A stretch of DNA of 64,000 bases from Chiloscyllium plagiosum (lineage: Eukaryota). The stretch is taken from assembly GCF_004010195.1 (NCBI RefSeq), contig NC_057719.1, positions 20,484,731-20,548,730 of the forward strand. Direction: 5' to 3'. Shown piece after piece: positions 51,690 to 64,000 of the stretch (the stretch's first letter is position 1; each line of letters starts with the position of its first letter). Below the pieces are notes generated by a model. The model was not told the origin of the DNA, did not search any database, and saw only the letters and a list, made by a program, of their open reading frames with translations. The position numbers and the translations under genes are program-made.

Positions 51690-53220
51690 ATGATGTGCAA
51701 TGGACCTTAAAACACTATCTGCAAACTGCATCATCCAATCTAACATTACTGTCAAACCAGGGGATCAACTCTGGCTTGAAGGATTCAGGACATACTGCCA
51801 GGAGCAACTTAGAAATAAAATATTAACTAGATAACAGGACTGCTTACATGCCAAACAGCATAAGCAGCAAGTGTTATACAGGAGTAATTGATTCCTCAAC
51901 CAACAAATCAGAACAAAGCCCTGGAATTCTGTCACATCCAGTCATGGATGATGAGATACAATTAAACATTCTATAGGAGAAGGTTGCAGAAGTCCAGCAC
52001 ATCAGTGCAAAGATAAGGCCGAAGCCTTTTCAAGAAATGCTGAGTGGATGATTCAACTTAGCCTTCTCTGGAGGCCCCCATCATCATGGATGACAGTCTT
52101 CAACCAATCTAATTCAATCAATGTGATATCAAGAAATAGTTGAAGGCAATGAGCCCTGACAATATTCTGTTTGTAAGACAAAGATCTGTGTAACCATGCC
52201 TCTAGCTAAACTGTTCAGCTACAACACTGGCATCTACCTGGCAGTGTGTGAAATTGCACTGCTATGTTTCGTAAATAGAAACCAAGACAATTCCAATCTG
52301 ATTAATTTACATCACTTCTGTTTACACTCAAAGCGATAAAAAGAGTCATCAACAGAGATCATTTACCAGCACTTGCTAGCATGAAGCTGCACACAGATGC
52401 TCATTTTGGGTTCTGCCAGGGCCACTAGGCTCTTGACCTTATTTCAGCTGTGGTTCAAAGATGGATAAAAAGCTGAATTCCAGAGGTAGGTGAAATAGGC
52501 CATGTCCAAATGGAACAAGACAGGGACAATATCCAAGTTTGGACAGATAAGTTGCAACAACATTCGCACCACACAATCGCCAGGAAATGAACATCTCCAG
52601 CAAGAAGAATTGAGCCATCAGTCCTTTATTTTCAATGACATTGCCATCACTAAGTCTCCCATTATCAACATCCTGGGGATTACCATTGACAAGAAACTGA
52701 ACTGGAGTGGTTATATAAAAACAATAACAACAGTTGGTCAGAGGCTTGGAATTTTTCAACAAGAAATTCTCTTAACTCCAATAACGTCTACAAGCCACAA
52801 GACAGGGGTGCATTGGAATACTCTGCATTGCCTGATTGGATACAACTTTAGCACCACTCAAGGAGTTTGACACCTTCCAAGACAATGATTCATGCTTGAC
52901 TGGTACCATATCCAAAAACATTCACTCCCCACAACACCAATGCTCCTTAGCAGTAGTGTTTACCTTCCAAATCCATGACCATTACTGTTGAGCAAGACAA
53001 TGGTTACAGATACATGGGAACACTGTCAACCACAACTTCCCCTCAGTATACAGATTTGAACTATATTATTGTTTCTTTACTGTCACTTGTTAAAGTTCTG
53101 GAATTCTCTCCCTGTAGTATTGTGGGTATCATGAGTATTGCAGCAGTTCAAGAAGGTACCTCACCACCATCATTGCTGGACTAGCCAGAAATGCCCACAT
53201 CACCTGAATTGATAAAAAAA
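51690..53220 (+). mobile_element. Second-family LINE, decayed ORF2 and 3' end
   Basis: AHFGFCQG, INILGITIDKKLNW; 3' end GCTGGACTAGCCAGAAATGCCCACATC. Confidence 0.8.
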
Positions 53221-54319
53221 AAGGATAAAATAAAGAGCCAAAGTGTATTACAACCAAAACTACTGATGATACAAAGTGAGGTGAGAAAGCAAACTTTGAG
53301 GAATTCACAAAAAAATGACATATTGACAAGAGTTGGCTAACTTTTGGCCCCTCCTACACAAGAAAATATGATGCTACCAACTTTGGTGGGAAGAATATTA
53401 AAGCAGAACGTCGATGAAATTGACAGAAATGACAGAACAATGTATTGCAGAGAGTAGTGCTGGATGTTCTTATACAGATTACAATAAAGCAGATTGCAGG
53501 CACAAATAATTTGGGAGATCAATAAGATGTTGATTTATAGCAGAGGGTGAAGTTTAAAAATAGGGAGGTCATTCCACAATACATCACTAAGCAATCACCT
53601 TGTCAATTGAGGAAAGATTGACCAGATTGGCCCAAAACTCACTGGGGGTTAGAAGAATGACACGTAATCTCATTGAAATTTGCAAGGTTCTGTAAGGTCT
53701 TGAATTGATAAAGCCTGAGAGGTTTTTCCTCATTGGGGGAATATAGAGCTAGGAGGCATAAATTCAGAATATCATTAGGTTTTAGGAGTAGTTGTAGAGG
53801 AAATTTCTGCTCTCAGACATTCCTGAATGTTTGTAATTCTCTACCGTCAAGAGCGGAGGAGGTTGAATCATTGAAAATATACAGCACTGAGTTAGAAGGA
53901 TTCCTGAATTTTAGGTAACTTAGCAGTTAAATGGAGATGAGACCAAAATTGAATCTGCCAAGATCTTAATGAATAAAGCATGTCTCAGGGGCCATGTGGA
54001 TAACACTTGCTTGTTTTGCTTACATTGGGAATATCAATGTTTATTCTTCATGTGAAGTGATTCCAACTCCTTTTACTTCATCGTATCCAAACACCACACT
54101 CTTTTTCCTTCTTTTAGTCTCATGCACTTCCCCTGGGATGAATACTGGAAAAAAAAAGATTTTTTTCAGTGCTCCAGGATCAAGAGATGGCAGTTGGATG
54201 AACTGAATAGCTTTTCCAAACATGATTGGCAGTCCACCTTCCTTCTGTACTCTGTGAAGTGCTTCTATGAAATATACTTATGTTATTCAGCTCACGTGAT
54301 AGAAGGTTGCACATTTGTA

Positions 54320-55035
54320 GAATCATATTAGGATTTCAGCTCAGGAGGAGAGCATTTGACCTGTGTTGACCATAAACCAGCTCTCTGGAATAGCAATTTC
54401 TTTGATCACACTCACTGATCTTTCCCCATGCTCCTTCTTACTGTTTCGCCTTCAGATCTTTCTCCAACTCCCTTGTGAAAGCCACAGTTCATATTACCTT
54501 CACCACTCTGTCAGGCACTGCATTCCAGATCAGAACCACTTGCTCCATATTTGTTCTACTTTTCTCATACTGACCTTTGTTTTTTTTTCAATCACTTCAA
54601 CTTAGTGCCCACCAGTTTATAATCCTTCCATCAATGGGAACAGCTTCTCTACATCTGTTCTGAATGGAACCCTAATTTTGGATATTTCTAACAAAAACCT
54701 CTCTTAACAGCTTCACTCCTCTAAGGCATGCAGTTGCAGTTTCTCCAACCTCTCCATGTAACTGAAGCCCTTGGAACCATTCTTGTAAATCTTTCCTGCA
54801 CTGTCTAAAAAATTCACATCCTTTTAAAATCTGGTGCTTAGAATTGGCCACGATGCTCCTGGTGACAGCAAATTAATAATTTGCAAATAATAATTAAAAC
54901 TTCCTTGCTTTCGTACTTTATATCTCTATTGATAAAATCCCAGATTCTGCACAATGTATTAATGCTTCCTCAGTCTCTTCTGCCACTTTCAGTGAGCTGT
55001 GCCCAGTTCTCTCTTTTCTGTATCCCCTTTAGAAT
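54320..55035 (-). mobile_element. Old CR1 fragment
   Basis: Decayed reverse-complement CR1 C-terminus and 3' UTR. Confidence 0.6.
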
Positions 55036-55044
55036 GATATATGA

Positions 55045-55247
55045 AGTGGCTAATCCACCAAGCCCATGCATCATGAACAACTTCACGTGGTCAGTCCCCG
55101 GACCTGCATATCTTTGGTAATCAGAGCACCCATTAGAAACAGGGAGAATGTGGAAACTCCACACACACGGTTACCTAAGGCTGGAATTGAACCTAAGTTC
55201 CTGGTCACATGAGGCAGCTGAGCTAACCACTGAGCCACCATGCCACA
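55045..55247 (-). mobile_element. V-SINE, decayed
   Basis: GCTAACCACTGAGCCACCATGCC head and V-domain remnant. Confidence 0.75.
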
Positions 55248-56629
55248 CCAAATTCCTTTTGGTTTCTCTTTGGACACACTGAATTATGCAAATTATTAGC
55301 ACTTGAAACTGTTGTAAACATGGTTCTGGATTTAAGATGCTCCTCAAGGTCTACCTGTCCTTGCTCATGGAACAACTCTTGGTCTAAATGTTTTCTGACA
55401 TGACCACAGTAAAGCACAAGATGCATTGCCAAAAAATATTCTTTCGAATGGTGTCAACAAGCAGAAAATCACTTATATTATAGTAAATAAACCTAGAAAC
55501 AATGGCTTTCACACAGCAATTTGTTTTCACTTGAAAGCTGGAAATAAATTCCCAGTTATGATTCACCAGTAAGTTTCTAAATGGAAAATCACTCCAACTC
55601 CTCACTTTTTTTGTTATTTTTTTCTGCACATCACTTTTGACCACTGGACAATTTCCTCAAGTAGATGTCTTCAGGGTGAAACTAGAATAGACGGCATTTT
55701 ACAATCAATACAAGAGGACTGCCATTTCAAAGTAGCAGACTCTTGCTTCACTTTAAAGCAAATACCATACATCACAGGAGTCCTTTCTTTCAGTTGCTCT
55801 CTGCTGTGCCAGTGATGCGTCAAGCAGTGGGTCACTGAAGATCAGTTAATCACAGCCAAGTTTGGTGCATAAAGTTCAAAACTTATCTATTCCAGGCAGG
55901 ATTCGGAGCCCACACAAAGGCCATCATGAGCTTTTTAACAGCAGAAAACTACATTTATCTTTGAACAAGTGGCTCTCTGGATGTCATTATGAACAGAAAT
56001 GGATTCTAGCTTTCTGTACTTTCTACACATAAAACTGTGTGGTTGAATCTAGGTAGATTATTAAACTTTGATTGTATTCTAATTTATTGTGCATTTCCAA
56101 AACAAATGTACCAAGAATTATCTAAGTAAAATGTCTTGTGTATTGAACAATAGTCTATTCTCAGCACTGAGTGATACATAAAATCAGAGACTGGACCCTA
56201 TAACTCCTGCAGGGTGTTTGTTGGGATAATGTAAAATATGAGTTTTGTGCAGTCTACCACTTTCTCAATAACCCTGAAGTTGTTACCGCAAAATATGATA
56301 CAAACTAGAGATAAATCAGCAGTCCAAATATATTTTTAAAATAAAAATGAATAATTAACAGTCAATTGAACCTATTACCCAACAAACTGATGGCACTCCC
56401 CAAATGCTGCCAATGCTGCAATACAGCAGGCATGGGTAGCTGGGCAGAAGTAGGTAGTCTACCTTTAGAGGCCAAGTTGCAAAAAAGTGGGGAAGAAATG
56501 GGGGCAGGGATGTTTAATTGAGCACAGGACTATTCCCATATCGTTACCTTCCTGCCTGGCCCCCAGAAGCCATGCAGGATTGATTAAGGCATGCAGTGAG
56601 GAGGGCACAACACTGTAAACAGGGGAATA

Positions 56630-57455
56630 TAGACAAGGGAAGTGATTTGGCAAAAACCTGGCAAATGGAACTTAAAATGAGAAAATGTAATGTTATTGAG
56701 TTTGGTAGGGAGAAAAGAAGAACTGAATATTGTTTAAATAGCCAAACTCTGTAGAAAGCTACAGCACAGAGGAATTTGGGGGTCTACATGCATGAATCAC
56801 AAAAGGCTACCATCAAAATTCACCAGGTGTCAAGGAAAACAAATGGAATATGTTTGCCTTTACTTTACAGGGAATAGAGTATAAATAAAGGGAAGTCTTG
56901 TTCAAACTATACAAGGCACTAGTCAGACCATAGCTGAATTATTGTGAATGGTTTTGGTCCTTTTCTCTCAGGAAGGATGTACTGGCTTCTGAGGCAGTTC
57001 AGGGAAGTTTCACTCAGCTAATATGAGTTATGGAAGGATTTTCGTTTGAGGATAGGTTCAGTACTTACTGGAATTTAGAAGACGGAGAGAAGACTTTGTT
57101 GAAGCATACAAGATTCCCAGGAGATTTGACAGGTTACATGCAAAGAGGTTGTACCCCTTTGTGGGAGAGTCTAGGACCAGAGGGCATAATCACAGAATAA
57201 GGGGTCACCCATTTGGACAGAAATGAGGATTTCTTTTTCTTTCAGAGTGTAGTGAATCTTTAAAGTTGTCAAGGCTGGATTGTTAAGTATATTCAAGGCT
57301 GAAATTCTTACATCTTGAATTGTTAAAGGAATCAAAAGTTATGGGGAAAAGGCAGGAAAGTAGAGGTCAGGATTATCAGATCAATCATGATCTCATTAAA
57401 TGGTGGAGCAGACATGAGGGGCTAAGTGGCTTACTTTTACTTTTATGTCTTGTGG
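56630..57455 (+). mobile_element. CR1 3' fragment, decayed
   Basis: WQMELK, LYKALVRP, GESRTRGHN. Confidence 0.85.
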
Positions 57456-57628
57456 CCTTAGTCCTCTTGCCCAAAGCTGGTCAGGTTGCATGGCACTAGC
57501 ATCCATCTCCTCTTTCTTTTTCCGACGCCTGCCTGCAATTGCAGCTGGTGGATCTGTAGTGGGCTTCATTCAGGAACATTGGGTGTTGGCAGTTTGTTCT
57601 TCTCTTGGGCAAACAAGCAGTCAGTTTA

Positions 57629-57919
57629 AGATTAGATTAGAGTCCCTACAGTGTGGAAACAGGCTCTTCAGCCCAACCAGTCCACACCGACCCTCCGAAG
57701 AGTAACCCACCCAGACCCATTTCCCTCTGACTAATGCACTAACACTATGGGCAATTTAGCATGGCCAATTCACCTGCACATCTTTGGACTGTGGGAGGAA
57801 ACCAGAGCACCCGGAGGAAACCCACACAGACATGGGGACAGTTACCTGAGGCTGGAATCAAACCTGGGACCCTGCTGCTGTGAGTCAGCAGTGCTAACCA
57901 CTGAGCCACCGTGCCACCC
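57629..57919 (-). mobile_element. V-SINE
   Basis: Homology to 5115-5434. Confidence 0.88.
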
Positions 57920-58837
57920 AATTATCAACTAAAACCAAACTGCAGGAACAGGAGTATTATTCTCTCAGTGAAATTGCTCAATGCTGTCTCAGTAGTAAAA
58001 GTATTACTCATTCAGTATTTAGAGTTTGATCAAAGAATATAGGAGTTGAGCAACTAGGCGTGTGTGAAAGGACATGTTTTTTTTTTGTTATGCAATGTAC
58101 GGGAATGATTTGGAATTTGCAGCCTACAAGGATGATAAAAGCATAGGTAATTAACCATTTCAAAAGGACACACAAGGTAAATAAACTTTCAGTGCTATGC
58201 AAAATAAAATTGACTCAAAAGAGAGTCCACATAGATATGATGCACCCCATGGATTTCTTTTCTGCTGCTACGATTCTATATCCATGTCATTCGATTATAT
58301 TTCAGATGACAGTAGAGATATGTAGACTGCAAGCTTTGGTTCTGCAGACCCTCTTCTTCTCAGTGTCATGCATGCTATTTGAGGTGAAATTTACATACCC
58401 ATCCTTCTGTACAGCCCATATTAAATGCCATTTGGATTTGGGATATTAGTATGGGCACTTAGTTTGTGAATGACATGAGCAGGTCAGTATGTAACATTGA
58501 TATCACTATAGTTCTGAAATTTCTGATGTGTTTGTTTTTGACCAACTTTTGCTGTGCTCATTGAATGCTTGGATGTTTGTATTGCAACAGACTTTAGTTT
58601 AACCAATATCTTATGAATCAACACAAATAAAGGATAGCATTATGTGTATACTGCCTGTATTATGTTTCTATTACTTAGTGTGTGTTTTTACATTGATTAT
58701 GTGGACCGCTTGGTTATCTGGAATATTTGACCAACAGGTGCACTCCTGGTCCCATAGGTATCAGATAGTAAAAAGGTTTACTTTATTGATTAAATCGGTG
58801 AATTTTCGAATTCTGGTGCAGCATATAGTAAAGGTCA

Positions 58838-59780
58838 TGTTATGTATAGTCCCCAGATGAGGATTCCCCAATGCATTGAGTTTCTAGATACCCTTAACTG
58901 TTCATCTCCCGATGAGGAGGTATAAACTGGCCTTCTTTCTTTGTTCAGCCAACACCTCAGTTGATTGCAGAAAGGTTAGTTTAAACAAAACTTCCTTTCC
59001 TTGTAGATGACTTTGTTACAAACCCAAGTGAACCTACTTTATAAGAATCCAATTTAACTCAGATTTCCAGAAATGACACAGTTAAACAAAGTTTATTAGT
59101 GATTAAACGTGAGAGCAATTAGTAACACAACACCAAAAGGCACACAGTTGCCGATTAGAAATAAGAAGTGGGTCACCAAAGGTAAAACTAAAACGTCATA
59201 CAATTGTTTGTGAAGAGCACATGATTGATCATTGCAATAAAGGTCACCAGTAGTATTCACATTGGTAGTTGAACAGTTGTTTGCTGAGAGTTTTGATTTT
59301 GTAAACTGATTGAAGATCCTTTGTCCTGATTCATTTTTTTATTTGGTTTGCAGCACTCAGAAGAAGAAAAGGTCTCCCTATGTGTTGTCCTGCCTGATTA
59401 GTGGCTTCAAGCATTCAGAGTGGGAGAAGTTCTTTGTCTGCAACACAGAGGTAACAGGAGATAGTTTCTCAGCCATGATGTTCACAGCATGCTAATGCTC
59501 AAATACAAGCTGACAAACACACAAGTGTTCAGTCTCACTAGTCCATGCCAGTAAAGTTGAAACTGGCTTTTCTGATTGATTGAACGATTTAATGTCACTT
59601 GTATTTTACCGTGAATAATGCAGTAAAATATGGTGAAAAGCGTCCACTTGTCGCCATAATTCAGTGCCATTTTGTATAGTTCAAGAATAAAAAGAATAAA
59701 AAGATATAACTAAAAGAGAGTCTATCTTTAATCTCTCACTTCTGTGATGAGACCTGAGACCTGAGCTGGCTCACTAACAA
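58838..59780 (-). mobile_element. Probable solo LTR (same family as 26154-27185), right end uncertain
   Basis: Starts TGTTAT..CCAGATGAG; shared block at 59086-59134. Confidence 0.45.
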
Positions 59781-60019
59781 CACCTGCAACGCCACTCTCC
59801 TCTAATTTGTCTCTGCTGCCTGTGCCCAACTGACCAACATCTGAGTCACCACTCTTCAGGCCTCATTGATAACCTGGAGTCCCTTGCTCCAGGCCTATTG
59901 CAATCAGAAGCTGCCACCATCATCTTGTTGGTAAACAAGAGCTTTTATACCCTTCTCATACATTCTACTAAGGGAGAAACACAAAATTTGTTGGCAGTTT
60001 GGGATATAATACAACAAGG

Positions 60020-60850
60020 CCTTACAACAGGACCCGGACAATATCCAAGCTTGGGCTGACAGTGGCAAGTGACATTCGCACAACACAAATGCCAGGCTAT
60101 GACCATCACCAACATGAAGCAATCTAACCACTGCCCCTTGACATTCAACTGTGTTACCTTCACTGAATCCCTGACGACCAATATCTTGAGAGTTATCATT
60201 GTTCAAAAACTCAACTGGCCTTACTCCACATAAACACAGTGGCTACAGCAGCAGGTCAGAGAGTAGAAAAATTGCAGCGAGTAACTCATCTCCTGAAAGC
60301 CTGTCCACCATCTACTAGATACAAGTCAGAAGCGTGATGGAATAGTCCCCCCACTTGCCTGGATGAATGCAGCCCCAACAAGACTCAAGAAGCTTGACAC
60401 CAGCCAGGTCAAAACAGCCAACTTGATTGATACTGCATCCACAAGCATCCACTCCATCCTCTGCCAATATTCTGAAGCAGCAGTGTGTGCTATCTACAAG
60501 ATGCACTGCAGAAATTCACCAAAGATCCTCAGACAGCACCTTCCAAACCCACGACCGTTTCCATCCAGGAAGACAACGGCAGCAGATATATTGAAACACC
60601 ACCATATTCAAGTTCCCCTACAAGCCACTCACCAGCCTGACTTGGAAATATACCGCCATTCTTCACAGTTGCTGGGTCAATATCCTGGAATTCCCTCCCT
60701 AATGGCATTGTGGGTCAACCCACAGCAGGTGGACTGCAGCGGTTCAAGAAAGCAGCTCACCACCACCTTCCCATGGATAACTACGGACAGGCAATAAATG
60801 CTGGCCAGACAGCGACACCCACATCCCACTAAAAAAGAGAAGAAAAGAAA
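60020..60850 (+). mobile_element. Second-family CR1/L2-group LINE 3' part (best copy)
   Basis: DNIQAWAD, QVRSVME, AAPTRLKKLDTSQ, AIYKMHCRNSPKILRQHLPNPRP; A-rich tail. Confidence 0.85.
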
Positions 60851-61004
60851 AATGCCACAGGAGCCAGCTTACTGTTGAGCAGAGGTTATCTGATCCTCAT
60901 TATCTTCCTAGTCATAAGCAATTTGGGTGGCACAGTGGCGCTACTGTCTCTTAGTATCGGAGAATTGGGCTTGATTCCAGCCTTGGGCAGATGGGTTAGG
61001 CCTC

Positions 61005-61565
61005 CTAGCAGAGCGCTTTAGGGAACATCTCTGGGACACCTGCACCAATCAACCACACCGCCCTGTGGCCCAACATTTCAACTCCCCCTCCCACCCTGCC
61101 GAGGACATGGAGGTCCTGGGCCTCCTTCACCGCCGCTCCCTCACCACCCGACGCCTGGAGGAAGAACGCCTCATCTTCTGCCTCGGAACACTTCAACCCC
61201 AGGGCATCAATGTGGACTTCAACAGTTTCCTCATTTCCCCTTCCCCCACCTCACCCCAGTTCCAAACTTCCAGCTCAGCACTGTCCCCATGACTTGTCCG
61301 GACTTGTCCTACCTGCCTATCTCCTTTTCCACCTATCCACTCCACCCTCTCCTCCCTGACCTATCACCTTCATCCCCTCCCCCACTCACCCTATTGTACT
61401 CTATGCTACTTTCTCCCCACCCCCACCCTCCTCCAGCTTATCTCTCCACGCTTCAGGCTCTCTGCCTTTATTTCTGATGAAGGGCTTTTGCCCGAAACAT
61501 CGATTTTACTGCTCCTCGGATGCTGCCTGAACTGCTGTGCTCTTCCAGCACCACTAATCCAGAAT
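61005..61565 (+). mobile_element. PLE family A fragment (GIY-YIG C-terminus, pyrimidine tract, HHR) inside a decayed V-SINE (~60925-61636)
   Basis: AERFREHLWD..PVAQHFNSPSH..RRLEEERLIFCLGTLQPQGINVDF, typical PLE GIY-YIG C-terminal motifs. Confidence 0.88.
61470..61505 (+). ncRNA. Minimal hammerhead ribozyme motif (GUC mutated to AUC)
   Basis: ATTT CTGATGA A GGGC TTTT GCCC GAAA C ATC GATT. Confidence 0.65.
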
Positions 61566-62635
61566 AAGTCTCATAAATGTTGGGCTCCAGGGATAGGGTG
61601 GGATGCTCTTTGGAGAGTTGGTGCAGACACAGTGGTCTGGTGCACTGTATATATTTTAAAATTCCAGTCCAATTTGCCTGAAATTTCATTGATGTTTTAA
61701 TGTTAAATTCCATCAGCTCTCTCCCTTTCTCATTCTCTCTAGACAGCCATGTAATTTATATCCACAACCATTTTATGTAGTATTTGTCCTTTTTTGATAT
61801 AATGCACTTTGGCATTATAACATAGGAATATGGGAGTAGGCCATTTGGCCTGTCAATTTAAGAATGGCCACAGCAATTTGTGGATCTGACCCACTGTTGT
61901 AACAGTTCTTACCTTAACATTCAGCTCAGACAACATGTTGCCAGTTGTGTTGCTACAGCTGCCTGTATTGTGTCGAGGAGGTTAAACAAAGGGCAAAGTG
62001 CACAAAGGAACAGAAATGGTTCCCAGAAGGAAATCACAATCAGTTAGGTGTTCAGGGAGCTTTATGGAATTTTCAACTCAACAAGGAAGAGTGTGTGTAC
62101 AGTCTGCATTTTATGGAAGAGATGCTTGTTGAAATCTGCTGCCTGTTGAAGTGAGACTCTTCATGTTGAGGTCTGTCAACGCTGAATTTGATACCTCTCA
62201 CATTTTCCATTTTCCGATCCAGAGGTCATTGCTTGCCCAGCACAGCAGAAGAGGGACATGGCATTGCATTCTCTTTCCAGACAAAAATCAAACAGATTGT
62301 GCGTGGGGATTTTTTGGGTCAAGTGTGCATTATATTTTGCATAATGTTCATAGTTGATTTAATCTATTCTTTAAAATAGAGGGATTCAAATTGAGGGATT
62401 AATATGTGGTTCAGTCTAACAGATTTCAATGCATTTTTGAATACTGAAACCATTAATAACTGGACTGCTTTCAGCCAATGATCTGAACTGGCTCTTCCAA
62501 AGTCTCTCATGAAAAGCCTGATTCTGTGATGACTCAGAACAGGCTATTTTGTCCCTTTTAATTTTCTGACATGGGGGATTTTTGGACAGATTCCACTTTC
62601 TCTCCTGCAGACACACATGATGGGGATGTATCAGA

Positions 62636-62734
62636 TTTTGCTGAAGCTCCTCAGATGCTGCCTGAACTGCTGTGCTCTTCCAGCACCATTGATCCAGAAT
62701 CTGGTTTCCAGCATCTGCAGTCATTGTTTTTACC
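62636..62734 (+). mobile_element. 99-bp PLE family A terminal insertion
   Basis: TSD ATGTATCAGA at 62626-62635 and 62735-62744; matches 63615-63712. Confidence 0.88.
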
Positions 62735-63269
62735 ATGTATCAGACACCAGTCCATCAGAACAACAGACATCAACAGAACTCACCCTCAGTGGCAATTGAT
62801 TATCTTCCAAGAGACATATATGATGATCTGGGAGAGGACATCCAAACAAGAGGATTTTTCTTCAGGTTCTTAAGAGGATTTATCTTCATCAATGCAGTCA
62901 CATGGCACTGCTGTGTTGTTCTAACATGGATGTTGCTGTTATTCCAGTGCTATGAGTCCACGCTAGGTCTTCAAATGGCCCCATCTTCATGTTTGAGATG
63001 TGGATCCATCTCGGATTTGCAGCCAGCAGGTGCAGGGGGGTCTACGCCACCAGATGTGGACAGGTAATGTGAATTAAATAATCTTCACAAATTCATATAG
63101 ATTCAGTTTTTAAGGGAGAAGATGAGATTGAATGGCCTTTCCATGTAAGCTGGTAAATGATTAATCAAAGTTGCAGGGTGCTTAACAGTGCAACAATTTA
63201 CTATGCCCTATTATAATGGGGAAACTAAAGCCAATGTCACCAACACTATCACAAAATAATTAGCATTGC

Positions 63270-63445
63270 TGAAGGGATTAAGTTTAAAAGCAAGGAGATT
63301 ATGCTGCAGCTTTATAGGGTGCTGGTGAGGCCACCTGGGGTACTGCATACAGTTTTGGTCTCCTTACTTGAGGAAAGATGTACTGGCACTGGTGGGGGTG
63401 CAGAGGAAGTTCACTAGGTTGATTCTGGAGTTGAGGGGGTAACAG
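63270..63445 (+). mobile_element. CR1 ORF2 fragment
   Basis: LQLYRVLVRP..YCIQFWSPYLRKDV. Confidence 0.8.
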
Positions 63446-63542
63446 TATATAAGAACATAAGAACTAGGAGCATGAGTAGGCCATTCTGGATCAGTGGTGC
63501 TGGAAGAGCACAGCAATTCAGGCAGCATCCGAGGACAGGCAA

Positions 63543-63578
63543 AATCGACGTTTCGGGCAAAAGCCCTTCATCAGGAAT
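63543..63578 (-). ncRNA. Minimal hammerhead ribozyme motif (mirror copy)
   Basis: Exact reverse complement of 63583-63618. Confidence 0.78.
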
Positions 63579-63582
63579 ATTT

Positions 63583-63618
63583 ATTCCTGATGAAGGGCTT
63601 TTGCCCGAAACGTCGATT
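63583..63618 (+). ncRNA. Minimal hammerhead ribozyme motif
   Basis: ATTC CTGATGA A GGGC TTTT GCCC GAAA C GTC GATT; GUC at 63612-63614. Confidence 0.78.
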
Positions 63619-64000
63619 TTGCCTGTCCTCGGATGCTGCCTGAATTGCTGTGCTCTTCCAGCACCACTGATCCAGAATCTGATTTCCAGCATCTGCAGTC
63701 ATTGTTTTTACCTGCATGAGTAGGCCATCTGGTCCTTCGAGCCTGCACCGCCATTCAATAAGATCGTGGCTGATCTTTTTGTGGCCTAAGCTCCACTTAA
63801 CCACCATCTCACTGTAATCCTTAATTCCTTTACTGTTCATAACATTATCTATCTTAGCTTTAAAAGTATTCAATGAGGAAGCCTCAACTACTTCACTGGG
63901 CAGGGAATTCCACAGATTCACACCCCTCGGAGCGAAGATGTTCCTTCTCATTTCGTCCTAAATCTGCTCTGCCTAATTTTGAGGTTATACCCTTTTGTCC

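Larger units (their letters stand above)
63483..63678. repeat. Perfect inverted repeat, 97-bp arms and 2-nt spacer, part of PLE-derived insertion 63485-63713
   Basis: 63483-63579 is the exact reverse complement of 63582-63678 (checked base by base). Confidence 0.97.
63451..64000 (-). mobile_element. CR1 3' end, interrupted by the palindromic PLE insertion
   Basis: AAGAACATAAGAAC tail; minus ORF RRNIFAPRGVNLWNSLPSEVVEA..FKAKID. Confidence 0.88.

Noticed and set aside
63483..63678. DNA-transposon MITE interpretation of the palindrome
   Set aside because: Arms match PLE termini linked to GIY-YIG coding sequence. The asymmetric tail and variable TSD lengths in the family (7-15 bp) fit retrotransposition.
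63414..63723. Near-identical ORFs on opposite strands
   Set aside because: Consequence of the palindrome; no protein signature

Overview
Eukaryotic, repeat-dense non-coding DNA, inferred to be elasmobranch (shark) from the HE1/V-SINE and CR1 repeat content. No host protein-coding exon is recognisable, and nearly all listed ORFs are transposon remnants or chance ORFs. The window holds two large CR1 LINEs. One (1-2845) looks young and spans an assembly gap. The other (~27480-32528) is near full length, with a zinc-finger/esterase ORF1 and an APE+RT ORF2. It also holds many CR1 3' fragments, a second CR1/L2-group LINE family, about ten tRNA-derived V-SINEs, other SINEs and probable solo LTRs. 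The most interesting signal is a set of about 11 Penelope-like element (PLE) remnants from 2-3 families whose termini carry minimal hammerhead ribozyme (HHR) motifs (CUGANGA-A-stem II-GAAAC-GUH) with covarying stems. Several are fold-back insertions: an inverted arm, a sense arm and a 33-35 nt tail between target-site duplications (TSDs). These include a perfect 97-bp-arm palindrome at 63483-63678. One 99-bp insertion begins at the predicted ribozyme cleavage site. All family assignments come from motif recognition by eye, not database searches.
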